Below are positions 53,497 through 63,631 of a stretch of DNA of 64,000 nucleotides, piece by piece. The notes below the pieces were generated by a model. That model had not been told where the DNA came from and did not search any database. It saw nothing but the letters and a program-made list of their open reading frames with translations. The DNA comes from an uncultured delta proteobacterium (GTDB lineage Bacteria > Desulfobacterota > BSN033 > UBA1163), in contig CAVPSJ010000013.1 of assembly GCA_963708295.1 (NCBI GenBank), positions 64,001 through 128,000 on the forward strand. Reading direction: 5' to 3'. The number at the start of each line of letters is the position of its first letter. Position 1 is the stretch's first letter. The position numbers and the translations under genes were made by a program.

Positions 53497-54626
53497 AGGT
53501 CTCTCGTACCTGGGCCATTGCGAAAAAAGAGTTTGTTCATATCTACCGGGATCCGAGAAGCCTGGCGCTGGTGATTCTGATGCCAGCCCTCTTGATGCTC
53601 CTCTTTGGATACGCCGTCACCCTCGACGTTAAGAAAGTCTCAATGGCCGTCCTCGACCGCGACCGGAGCCAAGAGAGTCTCAATTTCATCCAGCGGTTCA
53701 GCGCCTCACCCTATTTCCGTCTCCGCCTTTGGGTTCAGGATGAAAAGACGATGCTGCGACTCATCGACCAGGGAGAGGTGAAGATGGGGTTGATCCTTCC
53801 CTGGGATTTTTCAAAAACGATCAAGGCAGAGAAGATGGCTTCTGTCCAGGCTTTGATCGATGGCGCCGATGCCAACACAGCCAGTCTTATTCTCAGTTAT
53901 GCCCAGGCGATCGCCCGACAATACACGCAGGAGAAGACCATTCTCAAGGTCACACGGCTGGGGATGCAGAATCTGAGTTTCCCCGTCGATGCGCGGCCGA
54001 GGGTCTGGTTCAACGAAGATCTGGAATCGAAGAACTATTTCGTCCCGGGACTGGTTGCAGTGATCATATCGATCATCGGCGTCCTCCTGACCGGGCAGGT
54101 CATTGTTCGTGAATGGGAGAAGGGGACGATGGAACTCCTCATCTCGACTCCCGTCCGAAAAGGTGAGTTGATGGTGGGGAAGTTATTCCCTTATTTTTTC
54201 ATCGGCCTCCTGGATCTGTCGCTTTCCGTTCTGATGGGCAAATGGGTTTTTCAGGTGCCGTTAAGAGGAAGTGTTGTACTGCTTTTTGCCCTGTCCTGTA
54301 TCTATATCCTCGTGGCCTTGGCCCTCGGACTGACCATCTCCACCTTCGCCAGGACACAGCTCCTGGCCAATCAAATGGCGATGGTCATCGGATTTCTGCC
54401 CACATTCCTTCTCTCCGGGTTTACCTTCGTGATCTCCAACATGCCCCCATGGCTTCAGATCATTACTTACGGGATTGCGCCTCGGTATTATGTGACGATC
54501 GTGAAGGAGATCTTCCTAAAAGGGGCGGGTTTCTCTTCTCTCTGGCGTGAAACCCTGGTGTTGATGGGGATGGCGCTGGCGGGGCTCTGGGTGGCCACCC
54601 GGAGTTTTAAGAAGGAGTTAAGGTAA
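53493..54626 (+). CDS. ABC-2 type permease (YbhS-like)
   Basis: KKEFVHIYRDPR, VWFNEDLES, VREWEKGTME. Confidence 0.88.
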   Translation: MKVSRTWAIAKKEFVHIYRDPRSLALVILMPALLMLLFGYAVTLDVKKVSMAVLDRDRSQESLNFIQRFSASPYFRLRLWVQDEKTMLRLIDQGEVKMGLILPWDFSKTIKAEKMASVQALIDGADANTASLILSYAQAIARQYTQEKTILKVTRLGMQNLSFPVDARPRVWFNEDLESKNYFVPGLVAVIISIIGVLLTGQVIVREWEKGTMELLISTPVRKGELMVGKLFPYFFIGLLDLSLSVLMGKWVFQVPLRGSVVLLFALSCIYILVALALGLTISTFARTQLLANQMAMVIGFLPTFLLSGFTFVISNMPPWLQIITYGIAPRYYVTIVKEIFLKGAGFSSLWRETLVLMGMALAGLWVATRSFKKELR

Positions 54627-54642
54627 GAAGAGAGAAAAGGCA

Positions 54643-55785
54643 ATGATCTTTCCTATGTTCAACAAGATTCGATATCTCTTTGTCAAGGAATTGATCCAAA
54701 CCCTGAGGGATAAGCGGATGCGGATGACCTTGATCGTCCCGCCCATCCTCCAATTGATTATCTTCGGGTATGCCGCCAACCTGGATGTGAAACATATCCG
54801 TACGGCCATTCGGGATCTGGATCAGAGTGTGGAGTCAAGGGATCTTATCGGAAGATTCGGAAGTTCAAAATATTTTGACATGGTGTCTTTCCCCAATACC
54901 CCGAAGGAGGTCAGAGACCTCGTCAACCGGGGGGAGGTTGCGATCAGCATCGAGATTCCAACCGATTTTTCGAGAAAGCTGAAAAAGGGGGATACGGCCA
55001 CGGTTCAGATCGTCCTCGACGGAACCGAATCCAATACGGCGTTGATCGCCCTGGGCTATGCGAACCAGATCCTTTCCGAATTCTCGACGCAAGTTCTCGT
55101 AAAAAAGTTGAATCGAGCCGGCATGATCGGGTTTGAGGAAGCGGGGGTCGAGCTGCAACACCGGATTTGGTTCAACCCTAATCTGGAGAGCAGACTCTAT
55201 TACATCCCGGGCGTGATCGCCTCCATCGCCTTTCTTATCCCAATCATTTTGACCGCTCAAGCCATTGTCAGGGAGAGGGAGATCGGGACGCTTGAACAAA
55301 TCATGGTGACTCCGATCCGTTCCTGGGAATTGATCATAGGGAAAACCCTTCCGTTTGCCTTGCTGGGGCTTTTTGATGTCATCATGATTGCACTGATTGG
55401 CGTCTACTGGTTTGAAGTCCCCCTTCAGGGGAATCCCCTCGTTCTTCTGTTAGGGGCCGTGCTTTTTCTGATGAGTTCAGTGGCGATCGGGCTCTTTATT
55501 TCCACCATCTGCGCCACTCAACAACAGGCCCAGATTTCAACTTTCTTTTTTGGGATGCCAGCCTTTATTCTATCCGGTTTTGCCTTTCCGATAGAGAATA
55601 TGCCGGAGTGGATCCAATACTTGACTTATGCCAACCCGCTCCGTTACTTCCTGGTCATCATCCGAGGTGTCTTTTTGAAGGCGATTGGTTTGGATATTCT
55701 TTGGCCCCAGATGTTAGCACTGGGTATCTTAGGCGCCTTCATGATTCTTCTCAGTTCGTTGAGATTCCAGAAGAGACTGAAATAG
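54643..55785 (+). CDS. ABC-2 type permease (YbhR-like)
   Basis: KELIQTLRD, WFNPNLES, VREREIGTLEQ, LSGFAFPIENMP. Confidence 0.88.
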   Translation: MIFPMFNKIRYLFVKELIQTLRDKRMRMTLIVPPILQLIIFGYAANLDVKHIRTAIRDLDQSVESRDLIGRFGSSKYFDMVSFPNTPKEVRDLVNRGEVAISIEIPTDFSRKLKKGDTATVQIVLDGTESNTALIALGYANQILSEFSTQVLVKKLNRAGMIGFEEAGVELQHRIWFNPNLESRLYYIPGVIASIAFLIPIILTAQAIVREREIGTLEQIMVTPIRSWELIIGKTLPFALLGLFDVIMIALIGVYWFEVPLQGNPLVLLLGAVLFLMSSVAIGLFISTICATQQQAQISTFFFGMPAFILSGFAFPIENMPEWIQYLTYANPLRYFLVIIRGVFLKAIGLDILWPQMLALGILGAFMILLSSLRFQKRLK

Positions 55786-55801
55786 GAACCATAAATTTAT
55801 A

Positions 55802-55828
55802 CGCTATGCTCTATGCGCTTGGCGCTAT
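55802..55828 (+). repeat. Single-arm heptamer array upstream of the TtcA-family gene
   Basis: cgctatg-ctctatg-cgcttgg-cgctata. Confidence 0.5.
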
Positions 55829-55840
55829 ACGGCTTAAAAG

Positions 55841-56569
55841 ATGGCTTACTGGGAAAAAGAAATTCGGAGTTTGATGGGGAAGGCGATTCACCGTTACGGT
55901 TTGATCCAGGAGGGGGACCGCATTTTGGTCGGGGTCTCCGGAGGGAAAGATAGCTTAACCCTTATGACACTTCTGTCTGAGCGTGCCAAACGGGTTCCGA
56001 TTCGCTATGAGCTGCTAGCGGTCCATGTCGATCTTGGATTCGAGTCGGGCGGGGCGGACATGCTCAAAGAGTTCTTTGAAGCGAAGAGGATAGCCTATCA
56101 CATTGAGCCCACCCGGATTGCAGAACTGGCCAATGGTCCTGAAAACCGGGAAAATCCGTGTTTTCTCTGCTCGTGGGAGAGAAGAAAGAGGATCTTTTCT
56201 CTGGCGCAACGGTTCGGATGCAACAAGGTGGCCTTTGGGCATCACAAAGACGATATCATTGAGACTCTCCTTCTCAATATCTTCTACAGCGCGGAAATCA
56301 GCACAATGCTGCCCGTTCAATCCCTGTTCAATGGAAAGATCACCCTCATACGACCCTTGGCCTTGTTGGAAGAAAGGAAAATCGAGCGGTTTGCGAAGGA
56401 GATGGGACTTCCTTACTTTCCGTGTGGATGTCCCGCCTCTCGAAGATCAAAGAGAAGAAAGGTAAAGGAATTGATCGGTGCCCTGGAGAAGGAGAATCCC
56501 CGGGTCAAGGGAAACATTTTCCGATCCCTTTCCAATATTAAGCTGGATTATTTGTTGGGGAAAAAATGA
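55841..56569 (+). CDS. ttcA: tRNA 2-thiocytidine biosynthesis TtcA-family PP-loop ATPase
   Basis: GVSGGKDS, PCFLC, GHHKDDIIET, LIRPL. Confidence 0.78.
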   Translation: MAYWEKEIRSLMGKAIHRYGLIQEGDRILVGVSGGKDSLTLMTLLSERAKRVPIRYELLAVHVDLGFESGGADMLKEFFEAKRIAYHIEPTRIAELANGPENRENPCFLCSWERRKRIFSLAQRFGCNKVAFGHHKDDIIETLLLNIFYSAEISTMLPVQSLFNGKITLIRPLALLEERKIERFAKEMGLPYFPCGCPASRRSKRRKVKELIGALEKENPRVKGNIFRSLSNIKLDYLLGKK

Positions 56570-56676
56570 AAAGGTAGGCATCGGTTAACCCCAAAGGTTT
56601 TTGCTTGACAGTTTTCATGAGATTAAGTATTTGTTAACTGAATTAAATAGATTCTAAGTATGAAGGGAGGGTCAAC

Positions 56677-57396
56677 ATGAATCATAGGGGAGTGAAAACA
56701 GTGGCAGGGGCCTTGTTTTTCATGCTGGTATGGGGGGGAATGGCGGTCGCAAAGGAGACGACAATGGGTGTCATCGTGGTCGATGTCCAGGGAGATTTTA
56801 CAAAATTTAAGAATGGATCCTTGGCGGTAGAGGGAACCGATGAGGCCTACGTGAAGGAGGTAGGGGACCAGACGAAGAAACTGAAGGCGGCAGGTTTTCC
56901 CATCTTCGCAACTCAAGATTGGCATCCTGCCAAACACCTCTCTTTTTTCAGCAATCATCCAGGGAAAAAGGCCTTTGACGTCGTCAAACTTCACGGAAAG
57001 GATCAGGTGCTGTGGCCACCCCACTGCGTTCAAAACACTCCCGGAGCGGAGATCTTGCTGGATAAGAAACTATTCACAGCCACCGTGAAAAAGGGGATGG
57101 ACCCTCAATTTGATAGCTATTCCGGTTTCCAGGACGACGGTGGGAAGAAGACAGATATGGATAAACTCCTCAAGGGCAAGAAGATCAAGACAGTCGTCGT
57201 CTACGGCATAGCTACGGACTATTGTGTAAAGGCGACCGCACTCGATGCAGCTGCCGCAGGATACAAGGTCATTTTCATCAAGAACCTGAGCAGAGGGGTT
57301 GCACCCGATACATCCCAAAAGTCGATTGAGGAGATGAAAGCCAAGGGTGTCGTTGTCTTCGATGACCTCAATCTAGAAAAAATAAAAGCCCTCTAG
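56677..57396 (+). CDS. pncA: Nicotinamidase/pyrazinamidase (isochorismatase family) with N-terminal signal peptide
   Basis: VVDVQGDF, GSLAV, TQDWHP..H.SF, WPPHCVQ, KG...DSYSGF, GIATDYCV; N-terminal basic-hydrophobic-AVA segment. Confidence 0.85.
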   Translation: MNHRGVKTVAGALFFMLVWGGMAVAKETTMGVIVVDVQGDFTKFKNGSLAVEGTDEAYVKEVGDQTKKLKAAGFPIFATQDWHPAKHLSFFSNHPGKKAFDVVKLHGKDQVLWPPHCVQNTPGAEILLDKKLFTATVKKGMDPQFDSYSGFQDDGGKKTDMDKLLKGKKIKTVVVYGIATDYCVKATALDAAAAGYKVIFIKNLSRGVAPDTSQKSIEEMKAKGVVVFDDLNLEKIKAL

Positions 57397-57404
57397 CAAA
57401 AGCA

Positions 57405-57953
57405 ATGATAGAGATCGCCGAAAAACTGAAGGCGTTCCGATTGGCAAATCGCATGACGCTCAAGCAGTTGGCGTCTAAGGCGGGATGTACGGACGCTTAT
57501 CTCTCCCAACTGGAAAGAGGCCGCGCCAACCCTTCCATCATGATCTTGAAGAAGATTGCTTCCGCCCTTCAAGTGAAGGTCGTTGATTTCTTCCTTGAGT
57601 CAGAGATCGATGAGAACGATGTGGTCTGTCAAGAAGGGGAGAGGGTCAATATTCGGTTCAAACAAGGGGATGCAAAGATTCAGATGCTTGTCCGGAATAT
57701 CCAAAATAAACGGATGCAACCTTTTTATACGACCATTGAGGCCGGGGGTGGCTCAAAAGGGCCTTACTCCCATATCGGGGAGGAATTTGGGATTGTTCTC
57801 CAGGGGGAACTTAAGGTCAATCTGAATGGGAAACCCTATCGAGTGAAGAAGAACGAAAGTTTTTATTTTTCGTCGCAAGAATCTCACAGCTGGTCCAACC
57901 CGGGTAAAAGAAAGACCGTCGTGATATGGGTCGTCAGTCCTCCCACCTTTTGA
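57405..57953 (+). CDS. XRE-family HTH regulator with C-terminal cupin domain
   Basis: TLKQLA..AG...YLSQLERGRANPS; SHIGEEFGIVLQG, H.WSNPG, WVVSPPTF. Confidence 0.9.
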   Translation: MIEIAEKLKAFRLANRMTLKQLASKAGCTDAYLSQLERGRANPSIMILKKIASALQVKVVDFFLESEIDENDVVCQEGERVNIRFKQGDAKIQMLVRNIQNKRMQPFYTTIEAGGGSKGPYSHIGEEFGIVLQGELKVNLNGKPYRVKKNESFYFSSQESHSWSNPGKRKTVVIWVVSPPTF

Positions 57954-58142
57954 TGGAAGATTAAGGAACAGGGAGGTGGATCCAGCTTTTGGAGGCTTCC
58001 CGACTCTCAATGGGTAAGGGTGACGGTAGTCGCTCGGAAAAACCATAAGAAGCGGAGGAGAGTGAGATTTCTAAATTCATATTCATGGCTGCACCGTTTA
58101 CTGCTGAGCGGTGAGCGATTCAACTCAGAAAGGAGGAGTAAA

Positions 58143-59220
58143 ATGTCTAAGAGAATCACAAAAAAGGAATTCCTGGGAGTTTCGATTATTTGTGTTGTCT
58201 TGTTTCTCGTATTAGGGACAGGCTTGAGTACGCCCCAGGTGGCTTATGGACAGACCACCAATTTGAGATTTAGCACCTGGCACGTTCCCGTGGGTTATGA
58301 GGTCAAAACGGTCTGGGAGCCCATGCTTGAGCAACTGAAGAAGAAGAGCAATGGAAAGATCACATCCACGCATGTTTGCCGGAGGGGCTCTGGGCAAAGG
58401 CCCGGAACATTATGACATTGTGGCGAAAGGTCTCTCGGATATGGGTTACTTTACGGCCACCTGGACGCCCGGCCGCTTTCCTCTCACCGATGTTCTTTCT
58501 CTTGCGGCCTGGGTGGATGGCAAGGACGTTGCCACCGAAATCGGGAATGCGATGTACAAACGGGTCCTCAATCAGGAATTTCCAGGTGTGAAAATGGTGG
58601 AGTTAAACGGATGTATCCAGGCTTTTATGTGGACCAAGAAACCTGTAAAGACCCTTGAGGATGTGAAGGGACTGAAGATTAGGACGCCGGGAGGTCATCA
58701 GACCAATTACATCAAGGCCCTTGGGGCGGAGCCAATCTTCATGCCTCTTGGCGACGTCTATATGGCGATGGAGACGGGGACGATCGATGGGATCGTTACC
58801 TGTCCACCCTTGATCCTGTCTTTTAAACTTCATGAAGTGGCCAAACACGCAGTGGTGACGACCTTCGGTTGTGTTTCCGAAGGGGTCATCATGAACCAGG
58901 AGAGCTGGAAGAAGACCCCTGATGATCTCAAACCGGTGGTCGACGAGGTGTGTCACAATCCTTTCCACACCACAGGAGGATTGACCCGAGACGTCTACAA
59001 AAAGATGATGAAGGAGGTTACGGACAAGAAGGTGGAACTCTATAACCTGCCTGCCAAGGAAGCGGAACGATGGTATGATCGGTTTAGAGATGTGACAAGA
59101 AAATGGGTGGCGGACTTGGAAGGGAAAGGGCTTAAGGCCAAAGAAGTCGTCAGCATGTATAACGAGGAATGCGAGAAGAGAGGCGTAAAAGTGGTTGCCT
59201 TCCCGACAGAGTGGAAATAG
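58143..59220 (+). CDS. TRAP transporter substrate-binding protein DctP, frameshift near 58365
   Basis: SD aggagg, signal peptide, GGALGK, PGRFP, KPVKTLEDVKGLKIR, DVYMAMETGTIDG. Confidence 0.85.
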
Positions 59221-59305
59221 ACTTCATCTCCTCCAGCTCCTTTTAGCAAAGTGAGGTCGGGAGGGATGAGCAATGGTGAGGATCATAGATTGAGGAGTGA
59301 AGGCC

Positions 59306-59801
59306 ATGGGGTGGATCAAAGCCCAGAAGATAATACATCGTTTAAACTTTTCCGTTGCAGTTGTTGGGATGTCCTTTACTCATTCCGCTGATGTTGCTCA
59401 CCACAGGGGATATCATCGGCAGAAAATTTTTTAGCTAAAACCATCCCCGGGACCTTCGAGATATCCGAATATATCTTGGCAGTCTTCATCCTGCTGGGTG
59501 CCGCCTACACCCAGCAGGTGAAGGGACATGTGGGAGTTGACTTTCTTACCTCCCGGCTATCTCCCCGTGTTCAAATCTGCCTGCGAGATTATTACCACCT
59601 TGCTCAGTTTATTCATTATCGGTATTGTGGTATGGCAGGGCTGGGTAGAGGGGATCGGAGAAAGAGCTGTTTCAGACATGCTGAGAATTCCCCAATATCC
59701 ATTCCGACTCCTCGTTGCAGTCGGAGGTTTTCTTCTATGGCTGGAGCTTCTGATTGACCTCTTGATCTCAATAGGAAAACTCAAAGGGAGGGAAAGTGTG
59801 A
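59306..59801 (+). CDS. TRAP transporter small permease DctQ, frameshifted
   Basis: ATG 59306 after gaggag; IPGTFEISEY, LGAAYTQQVKGHVGVDFL, LRIPQYPF. Confidence 0.75.
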
Positions 59802-61110
59802 ATCCCGTCACCGTTGGGATATTGGGCAGTGTCCTGCTCGTTTTCCTTTTATTTCTTGGTATGCCCATCGCTTTTGTTATGATGTTTGTAGGATTTCTGG
59901 GCATTAGTTATTTGGCTTCCGCCAACGCGGCATTGCCCGTTGTGGCTAAAACGGTCTATGAGACTGCTGCCCATTACCCCTACACCATCATCCCTCTCTT
60001 TATCCTGATGGGAGGATTTGCTGGAAACGCAGGGATTACCAGGGAACTTTACCAATCTTTTGATAAATGGTTTAGGAAGACTACCGGGGGGATTGGGTAT
60101 TGCAACCATTGCTGCCTGTGCCTGTTTTGCCGCTTTAAGCGGGTCTTCGGTGGCCGCTGCAGCGGCCATGGGGACAGTTGCTATTCCGGAGATGAGACGC
60201 TTCAATTATGCGCCGAAATTGGCTGTCGGGAATGGTGGCTGCGGGCGGCACCCTCAGCTTTCTCATTCCGCCGAGTCTTGGGTTTCGTCGTCTATGGGAT
60301 GCTCACCGAACAATCGATCGGAAAACTTCTGATTTCCGGCATCTTTCCCGGCCTCCTTCTATCCTTGGCCTTCATGGCATCATCGTCGTTGAGGTAAAAA
60401 TGGATCCGAGTTTGGCCCCAGCGACTCCTGGTGAGGTGAGTCTGGAAGGAGAAGCTCCTGGCCTTTTCAGGAGTGTGGGAGACATTGCTCGTATTTTTCA
60501 TCGTCATGGGCGGAATCTACCTCGGTTTTATCAATCCGACGGAGGCCGGGGCGATCGGCGCGACCGCCCTCTTTCTCATCGCTCTTTTGAAAAGGAAATT
60601 AAGTTTTCGCAATCTTTCTGCCTCGTTACTGGAAGCGGTTCGGATTTCAGTATTAGTTCTTTTTCTTGTGGCAGGGGCAAACGTTTTCAGCTATTTTCTT
60701 GCCCTCTCGACCATCCCGATGGCAGTATCTTCCTGGATGGCAGGGCTTGCGGTCTCCCGATATGTCATCCTCTCTATCATTATCATTATTTATTTGATCC
60801 TGGGCTGTTTCCTGGATGCGATTTCCATGATGGTGTCTGACCATGCCCGTCATCTTTCCTGTCGTTAAGGCATTGGGTTTTGATCCAATCTGGTTCGGGG
60901 TCATCTGCGTGATCATGATGGAGGCAGGGCTCATTACGCCGCCGGTGGGACTCAATGTGTACACCCTTGCCGGAGTCGTCAAAGACGTCCCCATGCAAAC
61001 GATCTTCCGCGGAGCGATGCCTTTTCTGATTGCCATGGTGGTCGTTCGTTTTGATCATCACGATTTTCCCAGAAATTGCCCTTTTCCTTCCCTCCATGAT
61101 GGGAAGGTAG
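59798..61110 (+). CDS. TRAP transporter large permease DctM, several frameshifts
   Basis: GMPIAF, IPLFILMG, SGSSVA, LIPPS, NPTEAGAIG, FDPIWFG, ITPPVGLN across several frames. Confidence 0.82.
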
Positions 61111-61117
61111 TTTATGA

Positions 61118-61255
61118 AAATCCGAAATCCTAAGTTCGTATTTTGAAGCAGCATCAAAATCCAGATTCACAATTTCAAAACATTTGTGGTTGGGTCATTT
61201 GTATTTTGAACATTCGAACGTGGGTTCGAATTTCATGCTTCGTAATTCGAATTTA
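61118..61255. repeat. Degenerate heptamer-array hairpin between dctM and mmsA
   Basis: aaatccg-aaatcct-aagttcg / tcgaatt-tcatgct-tcgtaat-tcgaatt. Confidence 0.65.
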
Positions 61256-61299
61256 TGACTTGAGTGGGATCAAATCATATGGATTGGAAAGGATCTGAG

Positions 61300-62815
61300 A
61301 TGGAAGTGAAGAAACTGAAGAATTACATCAATGGACAGTGGGTGGAATCGAAAACGAAGAAGTGGTTGGAAGTGCAAAAATCCGGCTAAGGACGAGGTCA
61401 TCGCTCTTATCCCGGATACGCCCAAGGAGGAAATCGACCAGACGGTCAAAGCGGCGGAAGATGCGTTCTGGCGTTGGAGAACAACTCCGCCTCCACGGCG
61501 TGCTAAACTTCTTTTCGATTTTCATGAAAAACTCGATAAACATATCGACGAAATCGCTGAGCTGATCGTGAATGAAAATGGGAAAACCTTTGCCGATGGG
61601 AAGGGCGAAATGACGCGGGCCTTGGAGTACGTGGAACACGCCTGTGCCGGGCCGGAGCTGATGAAGGGAAGTCACGCTGAGGACGTTGGAACGGGGGTGG
61701 ATACCCTGTATATCCGCGAACCCCTCGGACCTTTTGTCTTCCTTCCTCCATTTAATTTTCCCGCCATGATCGCTCTCTATTTCGTATGGGCCACTGCTGC
61801 AGGAAATACAGCCATCGTCAAATCAAGTCGTCTCTGTCCGATGACCATCACCCGGATCATCGAGATTGCAGAGGAATGTGGTTTTCCGAAAGGGGTGATC
61901 AACCTTCTGCACGGGTCTGGGAGCGGGGTGGGAGATGCCTTGATTACGCATCCTGGAACAGTGGGGGTCACTTTTGTGGGCTCTTCTAAGGTGGGAGAGC
62001 ATGTTTATAAGGAGGCGATCAATCATGACAAGAGGGCCCAGTGTCAGGGAGGTGCAAAAAACCACGTCCTGATTGCTGAGGACGCAGTGATTGATGAAGT
62101 GATGCAGAACGTCGTCGACTCCTGCTTCGGTCATGTAGGGGAGCGTTGTTTTGCCGTTTCGAACGTATTGGCGGTGGAAAGAATTTATGACAAAGTGAAA
62201 GAGAAATTCATTGAGCTGTCGAAGAGACTGGTACTGGGTTATGGCATGGATAAGGGTGTGACCTTGGGCCCCGTGGTCTCAAGGGATGCTCTGGATAAGA
62301 TTCTGAAAGAAGTGGATCGGGGGATCAAGGATGGAGCAAAACTGATTCTCGACGGAAGAAATCCAAAAGTCGAAAAGTATCCCAAGGGTTACTTTATCGG
62401 GCCAACAGTTTTGGAAGCAGAGCCCGAGATGCGGATCTTTCAGGAAGAGGTCTTTGGTCCTGTTCGGTGCCTTAAGAAAGTGAAGGACCTTGCTGAAGGT
62501 GTCGAGGTCATCAACCGGAGTCCTTACGGTCACACCGCAAATCTTTATACAGAGAACGGCGGTTGGGCCCGAGAGTTTGCCCGTCTGGTTCATGTGGGCC
62601 AGGTGGGGATCAATATTGGGACCCCTGCTCCGATCGCCTACTTTCCCGTGGGAGGGAAGAAGATATCGATGTTTGGAGACATCCGGGGGCGGGCCAATGA
62701 GGCCATTGATTTCTATACGGACAAGAAGGTCGTCATCAGCAGGTGGCATTCGTCCTTTCATGGAGTCGCCAAAAGCCTGGATGATGGGTTTGCAATGAAG
62801 TATGCCAAGAAATAG
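61300..62815 (+). CDS. mmsA: CoA-acylating (methyl)malonate-semialdehyde dehydrogenase family, frameshift near 61378
   Basis: MEVKKLKNYINGQW at 61300; PFNFPAMI, FVGSSKVG, QCQGGAKNH, catalytic GERCFA, EEVFGPV. Confidence 0.8.
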
Positions 62816-62819
62816 TTAA

Positions 62820-62983
62820 TTCGAAGTACAAAATCCGAAATTCGAAACAATATCAAATGACAAAAATTCAAAACTCAGAACAGTTTTATCTGCTTAGTCG
62901 AATTTCTAAGAAGTCGTTTTAGAGCGTTTGGTCATTTGAAAATTAGTGTTTGTTTCGGATTTCGATATTCGGATTTCGGATTT
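62820..62983. repeat. Inverted heptamer-array hairpin upstream of the 2Fe-2S subunit gene
   Basis: cgaagta-caaaatc-cgaaatt-cgaaaca / tgtttcg-gatttcg-atattcg-gatttcg; arms nearly the same as 32651-32796. Confidence 0.82.
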
Positions 62984-63010
62984 GGCGGTGCGACAACTAC
63001 AGTGGGATTG

Positions 63011-63463
63011 ATGGAGATCAAATTTACGCTCAATGGGAAAGTGATTGCGGTGGAGGTTCCCCCGCACTGGACGCTTCTGCGGCTCCTTCGGGAGAAGATC
63101 GGTCTCACCGGCACCAAAGAGGGGTGCGGGATCGGCGAGTGTGGAGCGTGCACCGTATTATTGGATGGAACTCCCGTAAATGCCTGTCTGGTCTTGGCTC
63201 CCAAGGTAGAGGGAAGAGAGGTTGAAACCATAGAAGGTCTTGGAAATCGAGAATCACTTCATCCACTACAGAAATCGTTTATCGACCATGGGGCGATCCA
63301 ATGCGGTTTCTGCACCCCCGGGGTATTGATATCGGCAAAGGCCCTGTTGGAGAAAAATCCAAGCCCTACGAGAGAGGACATCAACGAGGCGATCTCGGGC
63401 CATCTCTGCCGATGTACGGGTTACCATCAGATCATTGAAGCCATAGAAGCACTAAAAGAATAA
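63011..63463 (+). CDS. Xanthine dehydrogenase/CO dehydrogenase family small (2Fe-2S) subunit
   Basis: GTKEGCGIGECGACTV, QCGFCTPG, HLCRCTGY. Confidence 0.93.
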   Translation: MEIKFTLNGKVIAVEVPPHWTLLRLLREKIGLTGTKEGCGIGECGACTVLLDGTPVNACLVLAPKVEGREVETIEGLGNRESLHPLQKSFIDHGAIQCGFCTPGVLISAKALLEKNPSPTREDINEAISGHLCRCTGYHQIIEAIEALKE

Positions 63464-63465
63464 GT

Positions 63466-63629
63466 AGAAATGTCAAAGCTCAATATTCAAATGTCAAAGG
63501 AATGTCAAAGTTCAAAATCTTGTAAGTCAACCCTATCAGGGTTAATCGTCGTCGAGGCTGAAATCTCAAATCGCATGATTTGAACTTTGGAATTGATTTG
63601 AACTTTGAAGTTTTGTCACGTGGCATTCT
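63466..63629. repeat. Inverted heptamer-array hairpin between 2Fe-2S and FAD subunit genes
   Basis: aatgtca-aagctca-atattca-aatgtca / tgaactt-tgaagtt-ttgtcac-gtggcatt. Confidence 0.72.
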
Positions 63630-63631
63630 TT

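Noticed and set aside
59528-60397. Apparent DctQ-DctM fusion
   Set aside because: Region is full of indels and has a GTGA overlap with SD at 59798; cannot be supported.
43779-63010. N-terminal extensions in the ORF track for murJ (43779), the ABC ATPase (51446) and the 2Fe-2S subunit (62936)
   Set aside because: They translate repeat arms; homology-consistent ATGs lie downstream (43845, 51548, 63011).
31632-63629. Periodic repeats as CRISPR arrays
   Set aside because: Units are 7-9 nt, degenerate and inverted, with no unique spacers and no cas genes.
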